Source: Cetorhinus maximus (taxonomy: Eukaryota). Taken from it: a DNA stretch of 64,000 nucleotides. The notes beneath the pieces were generated by a model. That model saw only the letters and a program-made list of their open reading frames with translations, was not told the origin of the DNA and did no database searches. Position numbers and translations under genes: made by a program. The DNA lies in NCBI RefSeq assembly GCF_964194155.1, contig NC_135887.1:37138001-37202000 (forward strand), written 5' to 3'. This document shows, piece by piece, positions 24,385-37,039 of this stretch (the stretch's first letter is position 1; every line of letters begins with the position of its first letter).

Positions 24385-24950
24385 AAAACAACTTGTATTT
24401 ATAAACTGCCATTAATGAAATAAAATATCCCAAGTTGCTTCACAGGAATGTCATAAGTAAAATTTGACATTGAGCCACATATTAGGGCAGATGGTCAGAA
24501 GCTTTTTCAAAGATGTAGGTTTTAAGGAATGGCTTAAAGAAGGAAAGAGAGATAGAGAGGTGGAGAGGTTAGGGAGGGAAATCCACAGCTTAGGGCGTAG
24601 GCTGCTGAAGGCATGGTTACCAATCCTGGAGCAATTAAAATCAGGGAAGCTCAAGAGGCCAGAATTAGAGATGCAGATATCTTGAAAGGTTGTAGGGCTG
24701 GAGAAGACTAAAGTGATAGGGAGGGGCGAGGTCATGGAGGGATTTGAAAATAAGAATGAGAATTTTAAAATCAAGACATCGCTTAACTAGGATCCAGCGT
24801 ACTTGGACTTGGTACAAACAAGGATACAGGCAACAGGGCTTTGGATGACCTCAAGTTTATGGAAGGAAGAATATGGGAGACCAGCTAGGAGTGCTTTAGA
24901 ATAGCCAAGCCTGGAGGTAGCAAAGGAATGATTGAGGATGGATGAAATAA
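24385..24950 (-). mobile_element. L2 3' fragment
   Basis: FATSRLGYSKALLAGLP..KLEVIQS and AFSSLRPKLWISLP. Confidence 0.8.
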
Positions 24951-25869
24951 AACAAGAAGCAAACCAGAGTAAGTATTGTGTCAAAAATCCTCTTTTATAT
25001 ATCCATGATTTTCAGTGAAACCCTCCTCCATTCAATTGACTGATCTGATTGACGTGTCAGAAGAGTTCATCCATTTTTGAGGTCAGTCACCTCAGTTGTC
25101 ACGTTAGCACGCTGATGGCCTCAGTTTACTGGAACTATGGAATCCAAGCATGGCAGTTATCAAATTCACTCCCTTATCTTCCCAGTTTCCTCATAACATA
25201 GACCTTTTCACTTATTTAAGTTAGGGAGTCACATACATATGTCTCTTACAGCATTATCTCTAATCTGTGACCTTGGTGACCCTTTTTTTCTTTAGTTTCT
25301 GAGAATGCTTTATTCTTATATTTATCCACAGATTTTAATGCTTTTGTATCCCATATTCCAGTCTGGTTGTTGGACACATTTCCGGCAATTTTCAGTGCAT
25401 TTTAACTACAAATTTCCACCTCCACTTATCCATGGAAAGTGATGACATCTACATATTTGAATAAGGTGTATGTTAGCATAATAAACTTCTGATGCATGTG
25501 TGACCATACCATCAATGATATCTACAATACATCACATTCATAGAGTCACTATGAAATCATGCTAACATGCTGTGTTAGAATGAGTGGTCTAGTCTAGTCA
25601 CTTCCAACCTATAATTGGAATGATAATAGTAAAATCACCCAAAACACCAGCTACCATTAGTTATTCAGCCAAACAAAAAATGATCCCCAATACAAATTGG
25701 TCGACTGTTAACATTGCTTCCAGTCTGCCAATGATGCCTGCTCCATCAGAAGCAGGAGTTTGTGGTACATTACTCCCCATGTTATAGTGAGCAGGAGATA
25801 GCGTCCACCCAACACAATGAATAGGACTAGTAAAGTTCTCAGTGTAACTTCGTTGCAACATTAGCTAGA

Positions 25870-28617
25870 GATTGAGGTCAATGATTGTCAGGTCCTGATC
25901 ATCAGTGTGATGGTAAATTATAATACAAATAAAATTGGACAGGCCACCCAGTATTGACTGAGGTACAAGGCATGACAATGGCACAGCCAACCCAGTAAAC
26001 TCTGCAAAGTCTCCACTAATATTGGAGGATGTGCCAGAATTGGGAGAGCTGTTCCATAGACTACTCAACCATAAGCCTGTCATAGTCATGCGCACAGAAT
26101 TATACCTTTCAACCAGTGTCCCAGACTCCTCCATCACTATCTCTGGGTGTAATCTGGCTCACTGGCAGGACAGATCGACCAGAATTGGCAGCACAGTGGT
26201 ATTCAGTGAGTATGGAGTGGCCCTCAACATTAATTCCAGATCTTATGAAGTCTCATGACATTCAGGCCAAACATAGGCAAGGAACTCTCCTGTTGAATAC
26301 TGCTACCACCCTCCTTCTGCTGAATTATCATGTGCTCCTCCATGTTGAACATCATTGGAAGAAGCACTGAGGGTAGCAAGGACATGGAATGTAATCTGAG
26401 TGTGGAATTCACTGTCCAACACCAAGAGTAGCTCGGTAGCATCAGTACTGACCTCCAAGTTGGCTGAGGCCTGATTGGTCCTTTAGCTGGTGGTGAAAGA
26501 ACCAACATGAGGAAAATTTTACTTGGCTTTTTCCTCACAAATCCACCAGTCAAAAGGTGCATCTGTCCATAATAGTATTGGTAGGAGTGACCACCACACA
26601 GTTCTTGTGGAGAAGTCCCGACTTCACACTGATGTCGCATTCCATCTGGCTATGTGGCACTACTATCGTGCTAAATGGCATAGATTCAGAACAGATTTAG
26701 CAGCTCAAGACTGGGCACCACGAGGTGCTGTGCCATCAGCAGCAGCAGAATTATATTCAACCACAATTTGTAACTTCATGGTCTGCCATATTCCTCATGC
26801 TACCATTACCAGCAAACCAGGGATTCAATCCTGGTTCAATGAGAAGCGTAGGAGTGACAGGAGCAGCACCAGGGATACCTAGAAATGAGGTGTCAACCTA
26901 GTGACACTACAACACTGGACCTCATGCTAAAAGCAGAAGCAGCATCCTTTTGACAGAGCTAAGCGATCCACAAGATCAGATCAAAGCTCTGCAATCTTGC
27001 CACATCCAGAGGTGATTGGTGGTGTTCAATGAAACGACTGAAAAAAGGAGGCTCCACTAACATCCCGTCCTCAATGATGACAGAGCCCAGCATACTGTGC
27101 AAAAGACAAGGCTACATATACAACTATCTTCACCCAATAGGGTTGAGAGGATGCATCTCAGCCTCTCCCTGAAGTACCCTTCATTCACAAACACTACACA
27201 TCTGACAAGCTGATACACTCCACATGATATCAAGAAATGGCTGAGTGCAATGGACACAGCAAAGGCTATGGGTCCCAACAACAGCCTGGCTGTAGTGCTG
27301 AAGATTAGTGCTCCAGAACTAGCCAATCTCCTAGCCAAGTTGTTCCAGCAGTTACCTGGTTAACTGGAAAATTGCCCAAAAATGTCCTGTCCACAAAAAG
27401 AAGAACAAATCCAATCTGTATAATTACAGACCCATCAATCTACTCTTGACCATCAGTATGGAAGGTCTTCTTGACAGTGCTATCAAGCATCACTTTTCAA
27501 CAGTAACCTGCTCACCAATGCTCAGTTTGGGTTCCATGAGAGACTCCTGACCTCATTGCATCCTTGGTCCAAACCTGGACAAAAGAGCTAAATTCCAGAG
27601 GTGAGGTGAGAACGATTGTGTTTGACATCAAGGCAGCATTTGACCGAGTGTGGCATCAAGGACCCTTCCTAAAAACAAAGTCAATGGGAATCATGATGAA
27701 AGCTTTCCACTGGTCGGAATCATGCCTAGCACGAGGGAAGATGGTTGTGATTGTTTGAGGCCATCATCTCAGCCTCAGGACATTGTTTCTGGAGTTCATC
27801 AGGGTGGCGTCCTAAGCAAAAATATCTTCAACTGTTTCATCAATGATTTTCGCTCCAAAATCAGGTCTGAAGTGGGGGTGTTTGCTGATCATTGCAGTGC
27901 TCAGTTCCATTCACAACACCTCCGATAATTTAGCAGTCATGCCTGCATGCAGCACGACCTGGACAACATTCAAGCTTAGGCTGATAAGTGACAAGTAACC
28001 TTTGTGCTACACAAGTGACAGCCAATGACCATTTCCAGCACCTCCCCTTGACATTCAACAGCATTACTATCACTGAGCTGCGCACCATCAACATATTAGG
28101 GTCCATTCTTGACCAGAAACTTAAGCGAATGAGCCTGATAAATACTGTGGTTACAAGAGCAGCTCAGAGGCTAGGCATTCTGTGGCAAGTGACCCATCTC
28201 CTGACTCCCTAAAATCTTTCCAAATTTTACAAGTCACAAGTCAGGAGTGTGATGGAATACTCTCCACTTGCCTGGATGAGTGCAAATCCAACAACACTCA
28301 AGAAGCTCAACATCATCCAGGACAAAGCAGCCCGCTTGATTGGCACCCCATCCATCAGAATAAACATTAATTCCCTCCACCAGCAGTGCACCATGGCTTC
28401 AGTGTGTACCATCTCCAAGGTGCAATGCAGAAACTTGTTAAGGCTCTTTCAACAGCACCTTCCAAAACTTGTGACCCGTAGAAGATGCACCTACAATCAC
28501 CACACAGACGCAGTGATTCAAGAAGGTGGCTCACCATCACCTTCTCAAGGACAGTTAGGAATGCACAATAAATGCTGACCTTGCCAATAGCGACCACATC
28601 TTGTGAATGAATAAAAG
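25870..28617 (+). mobile_element. Degenerate LINE ORF2 (APE endonuclease and RT), CR1/L2 superclade, distinct from the main CR1 family
   Basis: IGRSDHHTVLVE, WFNEK, FDIKAAFDRVWHQG, VHQGGVL, FADH, MMEYSPLAWMSA. Confidence 0.85.
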
Positions 28618-28779
28618 AGGTTAACCTTACAGAGTACAGTTTCTTAAGATTTAACAATCAAGATCATTTGGAAAAATAATTTCCTGACCTCAAAAGGCAT
28701 CCACCACTTCAATATTGACGGCAACAGGGTCTAGATAAAACAAAAGAAAAGAAAGACGACATTTAAAGAATAAAATGTA

Positions 28780-29184
28780 TTTCATGAGCTCAGGACATCT
28801 CAACTTTTTTACTGCCAATTAAGCACTTTTGAAATGTAGTCACTGCTGTAATGTAGGAAATGTGGCAGCCAAATTGTACAGAGGAATGCCCCACAAGCAG
28901 TAATCTGATAATGACTAGATATTCTGTTGGAGTGATGTTGCTTGAATGAGAATATATTGGCCGCAACACTGCAAAGAACACCCCTGTCCTTTCAACAGTT
29001 CTGTGGATCCTGAAAGGGCAGACAGGGCCTCATTTAAACCTCTCATCCAAAGCTTAGCACCTCCAACAATGCAGCACTGCTTTGAAGTGTCAGGCTAGAT
29101 TTTGTGCTCAAGTTTCTGGATTGGGACTTGATTCCACAGTCTTCTATCTCAGAGACAAGATTGCCAACAATGAACTATGGTTAA
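28780..29184 (-). mobile_element. DeuSINE-like copy
   Basis: Reverse-complement similarity to 14405-15012 (tgtagtcactgctgtaatgtaggaaa; aatatattggcc). Confidence 0.7.
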
Positions 29185-29853
29185 TGTTAGGAAATCTTTT
29201 AAACAATGAGTAGAGTCTGTAAAAATTATGAGTAAATAAGTTGGTACTGTACAATTCATAAGTTTGTAGACTCGAGATGATCAGATTGAGGGCCAAATAC
29301 AAAAAATGAACCAAAGTTTAAAAACTAAGGTTCAGGCTCAAGCATGTTGCCCAAATGCAAGTTTATTACTCAAATGCCAATAGTGTAATAACTATTACAG
29401 TTATAATAGATTCATACAGCCTGGTTTCTTGCCGACCCAAGGTGATCAAACCTGGCCTCTTTAGATATTGGACTTACGACTATCCTGTGAGCCCTGACCT
29501 TAGAAGGGCCATTCCCTGATATTTTGTGTACCCTTTCTTCATGAGTTATATCACATGATACCCAGTGTGTATATAGAAGCGCATTCCTTCTCACCCAACC
29601 TCCAGAGTTGACAATTGGATATCTTGATGGTTTAACTGTTAAGCAGTTAATATTACGAAAGGAACAGGATGACCTAGAATCGACAATCTCAAATAAATGA
29701 TACCTCTTGGGTCCTTCCATTGTTCTGGCCAATACCCGAAACTCATACCTGCTTTAGTTTCTATTTCCATTGTTCTGGCCAATAACAGATGTTGACACAA
29801 ATGCAAATCACATCAAGATTTGATCAACCTTTAGACTCAGGCAAATTCTAACT
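29185..29853 (-). repeat. 3' LTR of provirus
   Basis: Starts tgttaggaaatctttt, ends ggcaaattctaac; aligns with 35690-36278; AATAAA on minus near 29362. Confidence 0.85.
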
Positions 29854-29864
29854 GTCCCTCCTCA
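29854..29864 (-). other. Polypurine tract
   Basis: Minus strand tgaggagggac abutting the 3' LTR. Confidence 0.6.
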
Positions 29865-29989
29865 TGAGCCTTAGTCTTTAAACTTTGATTCATTTTTTAT
29901 GTTTGGCCCTCAATTTGATCACCTCGAATCCACAAACTTATGAATTGCACAGCACCAACTTATTTACTCATAATTTTTACAGACTCTAC

Positions 29990-31800
29990 TCATTGCATAT
30001 GAGCTTTGAATATTTTGAGGACCATCCAAAAGGCTCCCATCTGCCAGATCTGCAGCTGATCCTCCAACCACTAACACACAGTGCGTATATCTAGCGAAGT
30101 AATAATAACAGTGATTGTCAACACAAATTGAACAACTGAGAAAATATGAGAAAGCATCTGAGCCCAGACAGATTGCCCCACATGATATACCTTTTCCCAC
30201 CATTATGGTCTTCTGGGTTTTGATTCCCCTCTCGATATCTTTATTATCCTGCTGCATATGAGCCAAGCTTTTTTGTGAGGTAGTTGTATGCTGAAGGATC
30301 AACTTCAAACTTAGCAAAAGAATGGAAAATCAGGTGGCCAACATGAAACCACCCAACTTAGGGCTTCCTCCTGAAGGGGCAGCTCCACCTGTATTTCTGT
30401 AATGTTGTGGAGCTGAACTGGTAATAACAGTTTTCTCTAACTTTGATCCATTCAGCTAGGGAGAGACAGAACATAGGGCTATTGAGCAGACAGAGGATGG
30501 TGTAGGTGTGAACCACTGGCAGTACCTTTCCCTGTCCATGTAGGTAGTTTTCACCTGACCAGGACTCCCTCAACTTATGGAGACAGTGCAATTTGGAGAA
30601 TGATCATCCAATGTGTACCCACACGTGGGTGTAGGATGCTGGTACACATCACTCCTACATACCCATTCCTTTCCAACTTGTCTGCAACACTTCCAAGTCT
30701 GGGGCTAACCACGTGTTCTTTTTGATAATCAACTATCGAGGATTGTCCCGAAATTCCTTAAAAATAGTATCATTTGGAATGTTCAATGACTCTTATGGAT
30801 TCTACTTTATACAACGACACAGGAGGGGCTGTAGAGTTCATGATGATCGGGACTGCCACTATTACTGGGACCAGACTGTTAATACCCTGAGAGTGAGCCT
30901 GAGAGTTAAAAAAGGCAGCTCCTTGCGACCTGATGCATTCATATTCTTCTTCCATTTTATTGGTTCCCAACTAAGTGACCAAGTTGTGATTCTTGAGAAA
31001 GGCAAGAATCTGATTAGATTCAAGGTCAGGCAATCCCTTTTGCAGTAAGGTCAGCACAAATCTTCCATACAAACTACAGGTGACTGCTTAGAGACATTCT
31101 GCTGTGCATACTCGTTTGTCTCCTCCAATAATCTCATTGACCTTATCAGCGATGGACTGCATGGCCGCTACTATCTCTCTAGGTGGATAACAACATTTTA
31201 CTTGTTCGTGAATTAGTTCCCCACTTTGGTCATTTAATTTGGTCAAACGCCCCTTGAGTTACCTCCCCATGACTTCATCATGTTCCCGCATCTTTATGAT
31301 TCAGGCCGGCCGAGCCAGCGGTGGTTCCTACCCCCACCCAGTCAGCTAAACCTCGTTTGCGTCAGGCCTTCAGCCCTTTACCCATGTAAGGGCTCTTCCA
31401 ATCTCTCCTTTGGTTTCTCACCTGTGCCTCCCCTACCATTTCATTTAACATGAGATGAAACAAATTAAGGTAGCTATTGTGGATCAGGCATATGCAGAGA
31501 GGTTAAATTAAAAACAGCAGGACCAATTTCAGAGTGCATGTTGTTGTATAACAAATCATCTGATTCCATCACTTCTAACCTATTTGTTTGTGGGATATGG
31601 GAATAACATGGACTTCCGGCAACATTTTTATCTGGTTTCCCAATGGCCTCTTACCTCACATGACAGCTGGCATAGGTACAGTTGTCACTTGGTTCACTCA
31701 GATGTTACCACTGTGTCTATTCCAGGACTGGGCCAGTTTAATGTTTGAATTAGTACTAAGCCATTCTTTCTATCAGGTTATCAGGACATTTTCCCCTTAT
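29990..31800 (-). pseudogene. env: Envelope glycoprotein pseudogene, class I fusion (F-like) architecture
   Basis: Hand translation: [*]RKR/GLADWVGVGTTAGSAGLN (31364-31300), heptad EIVAAMQSIADKVNEII, VIVAVPII..LYKVESI, CRQVGKEWVC..CGY..NCTV..RYC, TM WWEKV...IFSVVQFVLTITVIIT; stops and frameshifts. Confidence 0.75.
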
Positions 31801-31909
31801 AGGGCACCCCGACACCCTGACAGGAAATGCAAACATGCCAAATTGGTCTTAAAACCTCTGCCACCGGATCCCCACTGCTGTTCCATTACTGATACAAATG
31901 AATTTTACA

Positions 31910-34450
31910 TGAATCCCAGTCTGTCCAGTCTTTCCTCATAAGACAACCCACACATTCCTGGTATTAGTCTAGTAAACCTTCTCTGAACTGTTTTTAACGC
32001 ATTTACATCTTTCTACAAATAAAAAGACCAATACTGTACACAATACATTGAATGTGGTCTCACCAATGCCCTGTACAACTGAAGTATAACCTCCCTACTT
32101 TTGTAATCAATTCCCCTCACAATAAATTATAACATTCTATTAGCTTTCCTAATTACCTGCTGTACCTGCATACCAACCTTTTGTGATTCACGCACTCGGA
32201 CACCTAGGTCCCTCTGATTCTCAGAGCTCTGCAATCTCTCATCATTTAGATAATAAGCTTCTTTTTTATTCTTCCTGCTAAAATGAACGATTTCATATTT
32301 GCCCACATTATACTCCATTTGCTAGATCTTTGTCCACTCACTTAACCTATCTATGTCACTTTGTAGCCTCCTTACGTCCTCTTCACAATTTACTTTCCTA
32401 CCTGTGTTTGTGTCGTCAGCAAATTTAGCTACCGTTCCTTCAGTCCCTTCATCCAAATCATTTATATAAATTGTAAAATGTTGAGGCCCCAACACTGATC
32501 CCTGTGGCACACCATTCATCATATCCTGGCAACCAGAAAAAGACCCATTTATGCCTACTCTCTTCTTTCCTGTTAGCTAGCCAATCTTCTGTCCATGCCA
32601 ATATGTTAACCCCTACACCATGAGCTTTCATTTTCTGCAATCACCTTTGATGTGGCACTTTATCAAATGCATTCTGGAAATCTGTGTACAGTACATCCAC
32701 CAGTTCCCCTTTATTCACTGCACATGTGACTCCTTCAAAGAACTCCAATAATTTGGTTAAACATGATTTCCCTTTTACAACATCATGTTGACTCTGTCTG
32801 ATTGCCTTGAATTTTTCTAAGTGCCCTGCTATAACATCTTTAATAATAGCTTCTAACATTTTCCCTATGACAGGTAGGAAAACTGGTCTGTAGTTTCCCG
32901 CTTTCTGTCTCCCTCCCTTTTTGAATAAAGGAGTTATATTTGCTATTTTCCAATCTAATGGAAACTTCCCTGAATCTAGGGAATTTTGGAAAATTAAAAC
33001 CAGTGCATCAACTATCTCACTAGCCACTTCTTTCAAGACCTTACGGTGAAGTCCATCTGGACCTGGGGATTTGTCAGCCCGCAGCCCCAACAATTTGCTC
33101 AATACCACTTCCCACATGTTTATCATTTCCCATATTAATACTTTTCTCTCTTGCCTTGCCTCCAGTGCAGAGCGTCCCAATGGTACAGCCCCCACTTTCC
33201 CCAATGCTGGTGCCAGTGCCCCACAAACTGGAACCCACTTCTCCCACACCAGTCTTTGAGCCATCCGTTCATTTCTCTAATCTTATTTGCTCTATGCCAA
33301 TTTGCACATAGCTCAGGTAATAATCCAGAGATTATTACCTTTGAGTCCTGCTTCTTAATTTGGTGTCTAGCTCCTCATACTGACTGTGCAGAGCCTCCTT
33401 CCTCATCCTGCCTATGTCGTTGGTACCTGCATGGACCACGACCACTGGATACTCCCCCTCCCACTGCAGGTTCCTCTCCAGCCCTGAGCAGATGCCCAAA
33501 CCCTGGCACCGGGCAGGCAACAAAGCCATATGGACTCTTGCTCTTTGTTACAGAGAACAGTGTCAATCCCCCCTTACTATATTGTCCCCTCCTATCACTA
33601 CATTCCTTTTTGCGCCCCCCCCTTGGATGGCTTCCTGTACCACAGTGCCATGGTCACTTTGATCATCTACCCTGCAACCCCTGCTCTCATCCTAACAAGC
33701 TGAGACAACCTCAAACCTAGTGGACAATTGCAGAGGCTCACACTCCTGCACTCCTGCCCTCTGGGTCCAATTACCTGCCTTACTTGCAGTCACACCCTCC
33801 TGTCCCTGACCACTGACCCTATCCTAAGTGGTGAGACTGCCTCCTGGTATAAATCCAGGTAACTTTCCCCTCCCTGCTGTGTCGCAGAGTCTGCAGCTCA
33901 GCCTCCAGTTCAATGACTCTGAGCCGAAGTTCCCCAAGCCGCAATCACTTACTGCAGACGTGTTTGGCCTGGATCACAATGTTATGCAGGAGCAGCCATA
34001 TGCTGCAGCCTTGACACATCACCTGTCCTGCCATCTTTAATGTGTTTTAAATAATTACCTAATTATATTAATCATTTATTTATGTTGCTTTCTTATATAT
34101 TTTAGTAATTTTACCAATGTGTATACCATTTTAAACTTTAGGGATAGAATAGAACTTACCAGATACTCACCAAACAGCTAGTTCCTTTCCCTGTCGTAGA
34201 GTATGAACCAATTTCTATGGGGTGAGAAATATAAAAAGAGGAAATGAACAATTCCTTCTATCCCTTCACCGAATTCCCCTCTCATCAAACTCCAAGTTTT
34301 CACTCAGTTAGTCAGCCAGACTCCATTTGCCAAGGCTGCACCAAAGAACCCTGAATTTATAGTAAGTTGAACTGGGGCTACAGTAACCAGATTCAACCAG
34401 TTAGCTAATTAAGTACTCAGCTCCTATAGCTGAGAGTGAGTTTACCCTGT
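31910..34450 (-). mobile_element. CR1 LINE (5'UTR, ORF1 esterase, RT part; endonuclease missing) inserted in the provirus
   Basis: VVVHAGTNDIGR; KSPGPDGLH, GNYRPV, DFQNAFDKVPH, GVPQGSVLGP, FADD. Confidence 0.9.
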
Positions 34451-34859
34451 CTAAACCCCATGACTGGTAGCTTTCCGTGCTGCCTCATTCACCCCTCTCC
34501 AAATCCCAGTGCCCTTCTTAATGACGATGAAGGTAGGAAGAGACTTATACACCTCTGGATGGCACACATGCAGTACCAGTTTCACCCTCTGTCCTTCATC
34601 GCAATTTTGTAAGTCAGCCACTTGTATTGTTATCATACTAGGACAAGGGTCCACCCTAGATTTAAGCTGTGGAATATTCTGAGCTATCTCTTACTGCACA
34701 GCAGTAAGGTTCCCACACCCCCACTTTACATCTCTCTTTGTAACTTAAAGGGGCATCATCACCCCTTTTCCTTTTATGCTATTGTTATCACAGCTCACAT
34801 TCAGGTCACCCCGTTCTTTCCTTCTATAATCATATTCCCATGCAGATCATACGAGATCG

Positions 34860-35531
34860 TTGTACTCTATTTGTCCCATGGAACATTCCTGTTCCCCAAC
34901 CCATCACCCCAATATAGTGAACATCACACCCCAATGTTGCTTCAGCTTATCCTTCAACTCCCAGATCTGTTTTTGACATGCAACATGATTGTCTTCCTTT
35001 CCACCAATTTTCTGGTCCTCCACTCACTGCCTAAGAACATCCCTTAAGACAGCACTAAATTCATCAGTTTTCTGTTGATTTTGTTCTACCACCCCTTTCC
35101 TTTCTTCCAGATTTACCTCACACTGCATTGAATTTTCTGGTCTTATGACCAATCTCAATCTGTAAGTAAGAAAGTGATTTGGACAGAGACTCATAATGCT
35201 TCTTTTTGTCCTCTAACTGCTTCTCAACCTCACACAACCTACTCTGGTTCATCTCTGCCACTCTCTTTTGCCCTTCTAATTCTTCTTTTAATTTGGTTAT
35301 TTTGTGTGCTTGCCACAGAATAATCATGGCTTTCCAATCATGCCATTTAATTTTCTTTTCCTTCAGTAACCTTTGGTGTAATTCTGACAGTTGTCTCAGA
35401 CTGTCTACCTCAGATACTAATGATTTGGATGCTTCTGGCTTCTTGTCCACATATTTCTGAATTGCACTGACTAACTTATCTGCCATGACATCTACCTCCT
35501 GTACTGAACTTGTGACCGAGAGACCATCCAC
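34860..35531 (-). pseudogene. Coiled-coil N-terminal gag-like remnant
   Basis: 137-aa ORF 35118-35531 with E/K/L heptads just downstream of the PBS; continues after lesions with NHVACQKQIWELKDKL. Confidence 0.55.
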
Positions 35532-35668
35532 TAATTTATTTCACTTAGTCATAAACCATCTCTCCGTTTGAGTCCACTAATTTATTTTTCTTAATCACAA
35601 ACCCTATTCCTCCCATCAGAGTCATGCCTAGCAATACAACTTGCATTTGTTTCAACACTTTAACTCAA

Positions 35669-35686
35669 GTCCATCCAGGGATGCCA
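35669..35686 (-). other. Primer-binding site, tRNA-Asn(GUU)
   Basis: Plus gtccatccagggatgcca vs recalled vertebrate tRNA-Asn 3' end gcccacccagggacgcca: 15/18, all C>T; 3 nt from the LTR. Confidence 0.75.
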
Positions 35687-35689
35687 GAA

Positions 35690-36278
35690 TGTTAGGAAGT
35701 CTTTTAGCACAATTAAATGATTCCTTGTAATTCGGGTTCAAATGTGTTGTCTAAATGCAAGTTTATTACTCAGACGCCAATAGTATAATAACTGTTATGG
35801 TTATACAATAGATGCATAAAACTGGGTTTCTTGCAGACCCAAGGTGATCAAATTTGGCCTCCATAGATATTGGATTTATAACTGTCTATGAATTCTGACC
35901 TCAGGAATTCTGTTCCTGATATATTGTGTACCCTTTCTTTGTGAGTTATATCATATTGATACCCAAAGTGTATACTGAAGTGAGTTCTTTCTTGCCCAAC
36001 CTCCAGACTTGACATAATGGCCATCTTAATGGTTTAACTTTAAGCAGTTAATATTACAAAAGGAACAGGATAATCTAGACCATCTCAGGTAGTTTGGTGA
36101 TACTATTTGAGTCCTTCCATTGTTCTGGCCAATACCCAATACTTGCATCTGACGTGGGATGTAGTCAAAATATCTGCTATAGTTTCTACTTCCATTGTTC
36201 TGGCCAATAATACAAATTCAAATTCTGATAATTATATCAAGATGTAATTTCTTATAGGACTCAGGCAAATTCTTAACA
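35690..36278 (-). repeat. 5' LTR of provirus
   Basis: tgttaggaagtctttt...ggcaaattcttaaca (TG..CA); homologous to 29185-29853. Confidence 0.85.
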
Positions 36279-36794
36279 GCTAGCACCTGAACAGGACCAG
36301 TCCCCCAAAGGCACAGGCGCACCTGGCAGCACAGTGATGAGGATAACATCCCTGGGATAAGATCCTGATCAGATTATGTTAATGATTATGAAATGGGCTT
36401 CCTTCAGTGAGTTGTCGTGCAGTCACTGGGCACTAGTTATGACAACTTTGGTCTCTGTCAGATCCTTGGATTTTGTCCAAGATATTGATCTTGTTAAGCA
36501 ATATTTGGAAGAATTTCTATTTCTGCAGAGATGTTATTACACCACGTGCCACACTTGGAGCAACCTTAAGCTCGTAGATTCCCTCACTTTCGATATAGGA
36601 TAAATTCAACAAGAAGCTATTTTCATCATTTCACTTAACAAAGTAGGGAATATCACAGAATAACCCACTGCAGCTTTGCTGTATATTCAACTGGCACTAC
36701 TGGGAAAAACATCCTGTGACATCTTCTTCACCACCTTCTGTAGAGCCCAATAATTTTGAACTGACCAAAATTCTATCCAATCTATGCCACAACC

Positions 36795-37035
36795 CCAAGG
36801 GTCAAAGTCTTAGAATAAGGGATTGTCCTTTGGGACTGAGATGAGGAGAAATTTCTTCAATCAGAAGGTTGTGATTCTTTGGAATTCTGAATCCCAGAGG
36901 GCTGTGAATGTGCAGTCATGAGTATATTCAAGGTGGAGATCAATGGATTTTTGGGTACTGAGGGAATTAAGGGATATGGGGAAGTATGGGAAAGTGAAGT
37001 TGAAGTAAAAGATAAACCATGATCTCATTGAATGG
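36795..37035 (+). mobile_element. CR1 3' end
   Basis: gatgaggagaaatttcttc...tggaattct...agaggctgtg. Confidence 0.75.
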
Positions 37036-37039
37036 CTGA

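Larger units (their letters stand above)
29185..36278 (-). mobile_element. Decayed endogenous provirus: LTR-PBS-gag remnant-env-PPT-LTR, pol not visible, CR1 inserted
   Basis: Paired LTRs, PBS and PPT in correct geometry, env motifs, decayed TSD gttaa/gctag. Confidence 0.85.

Noticed and set aside
35669-35686. Possible tRNA gene (also SINE head at 14405)
   Set aside because: Only an 18-nt 3'-end match including CCA next to an LTR, i.e. a PBS; no cloverleaf.
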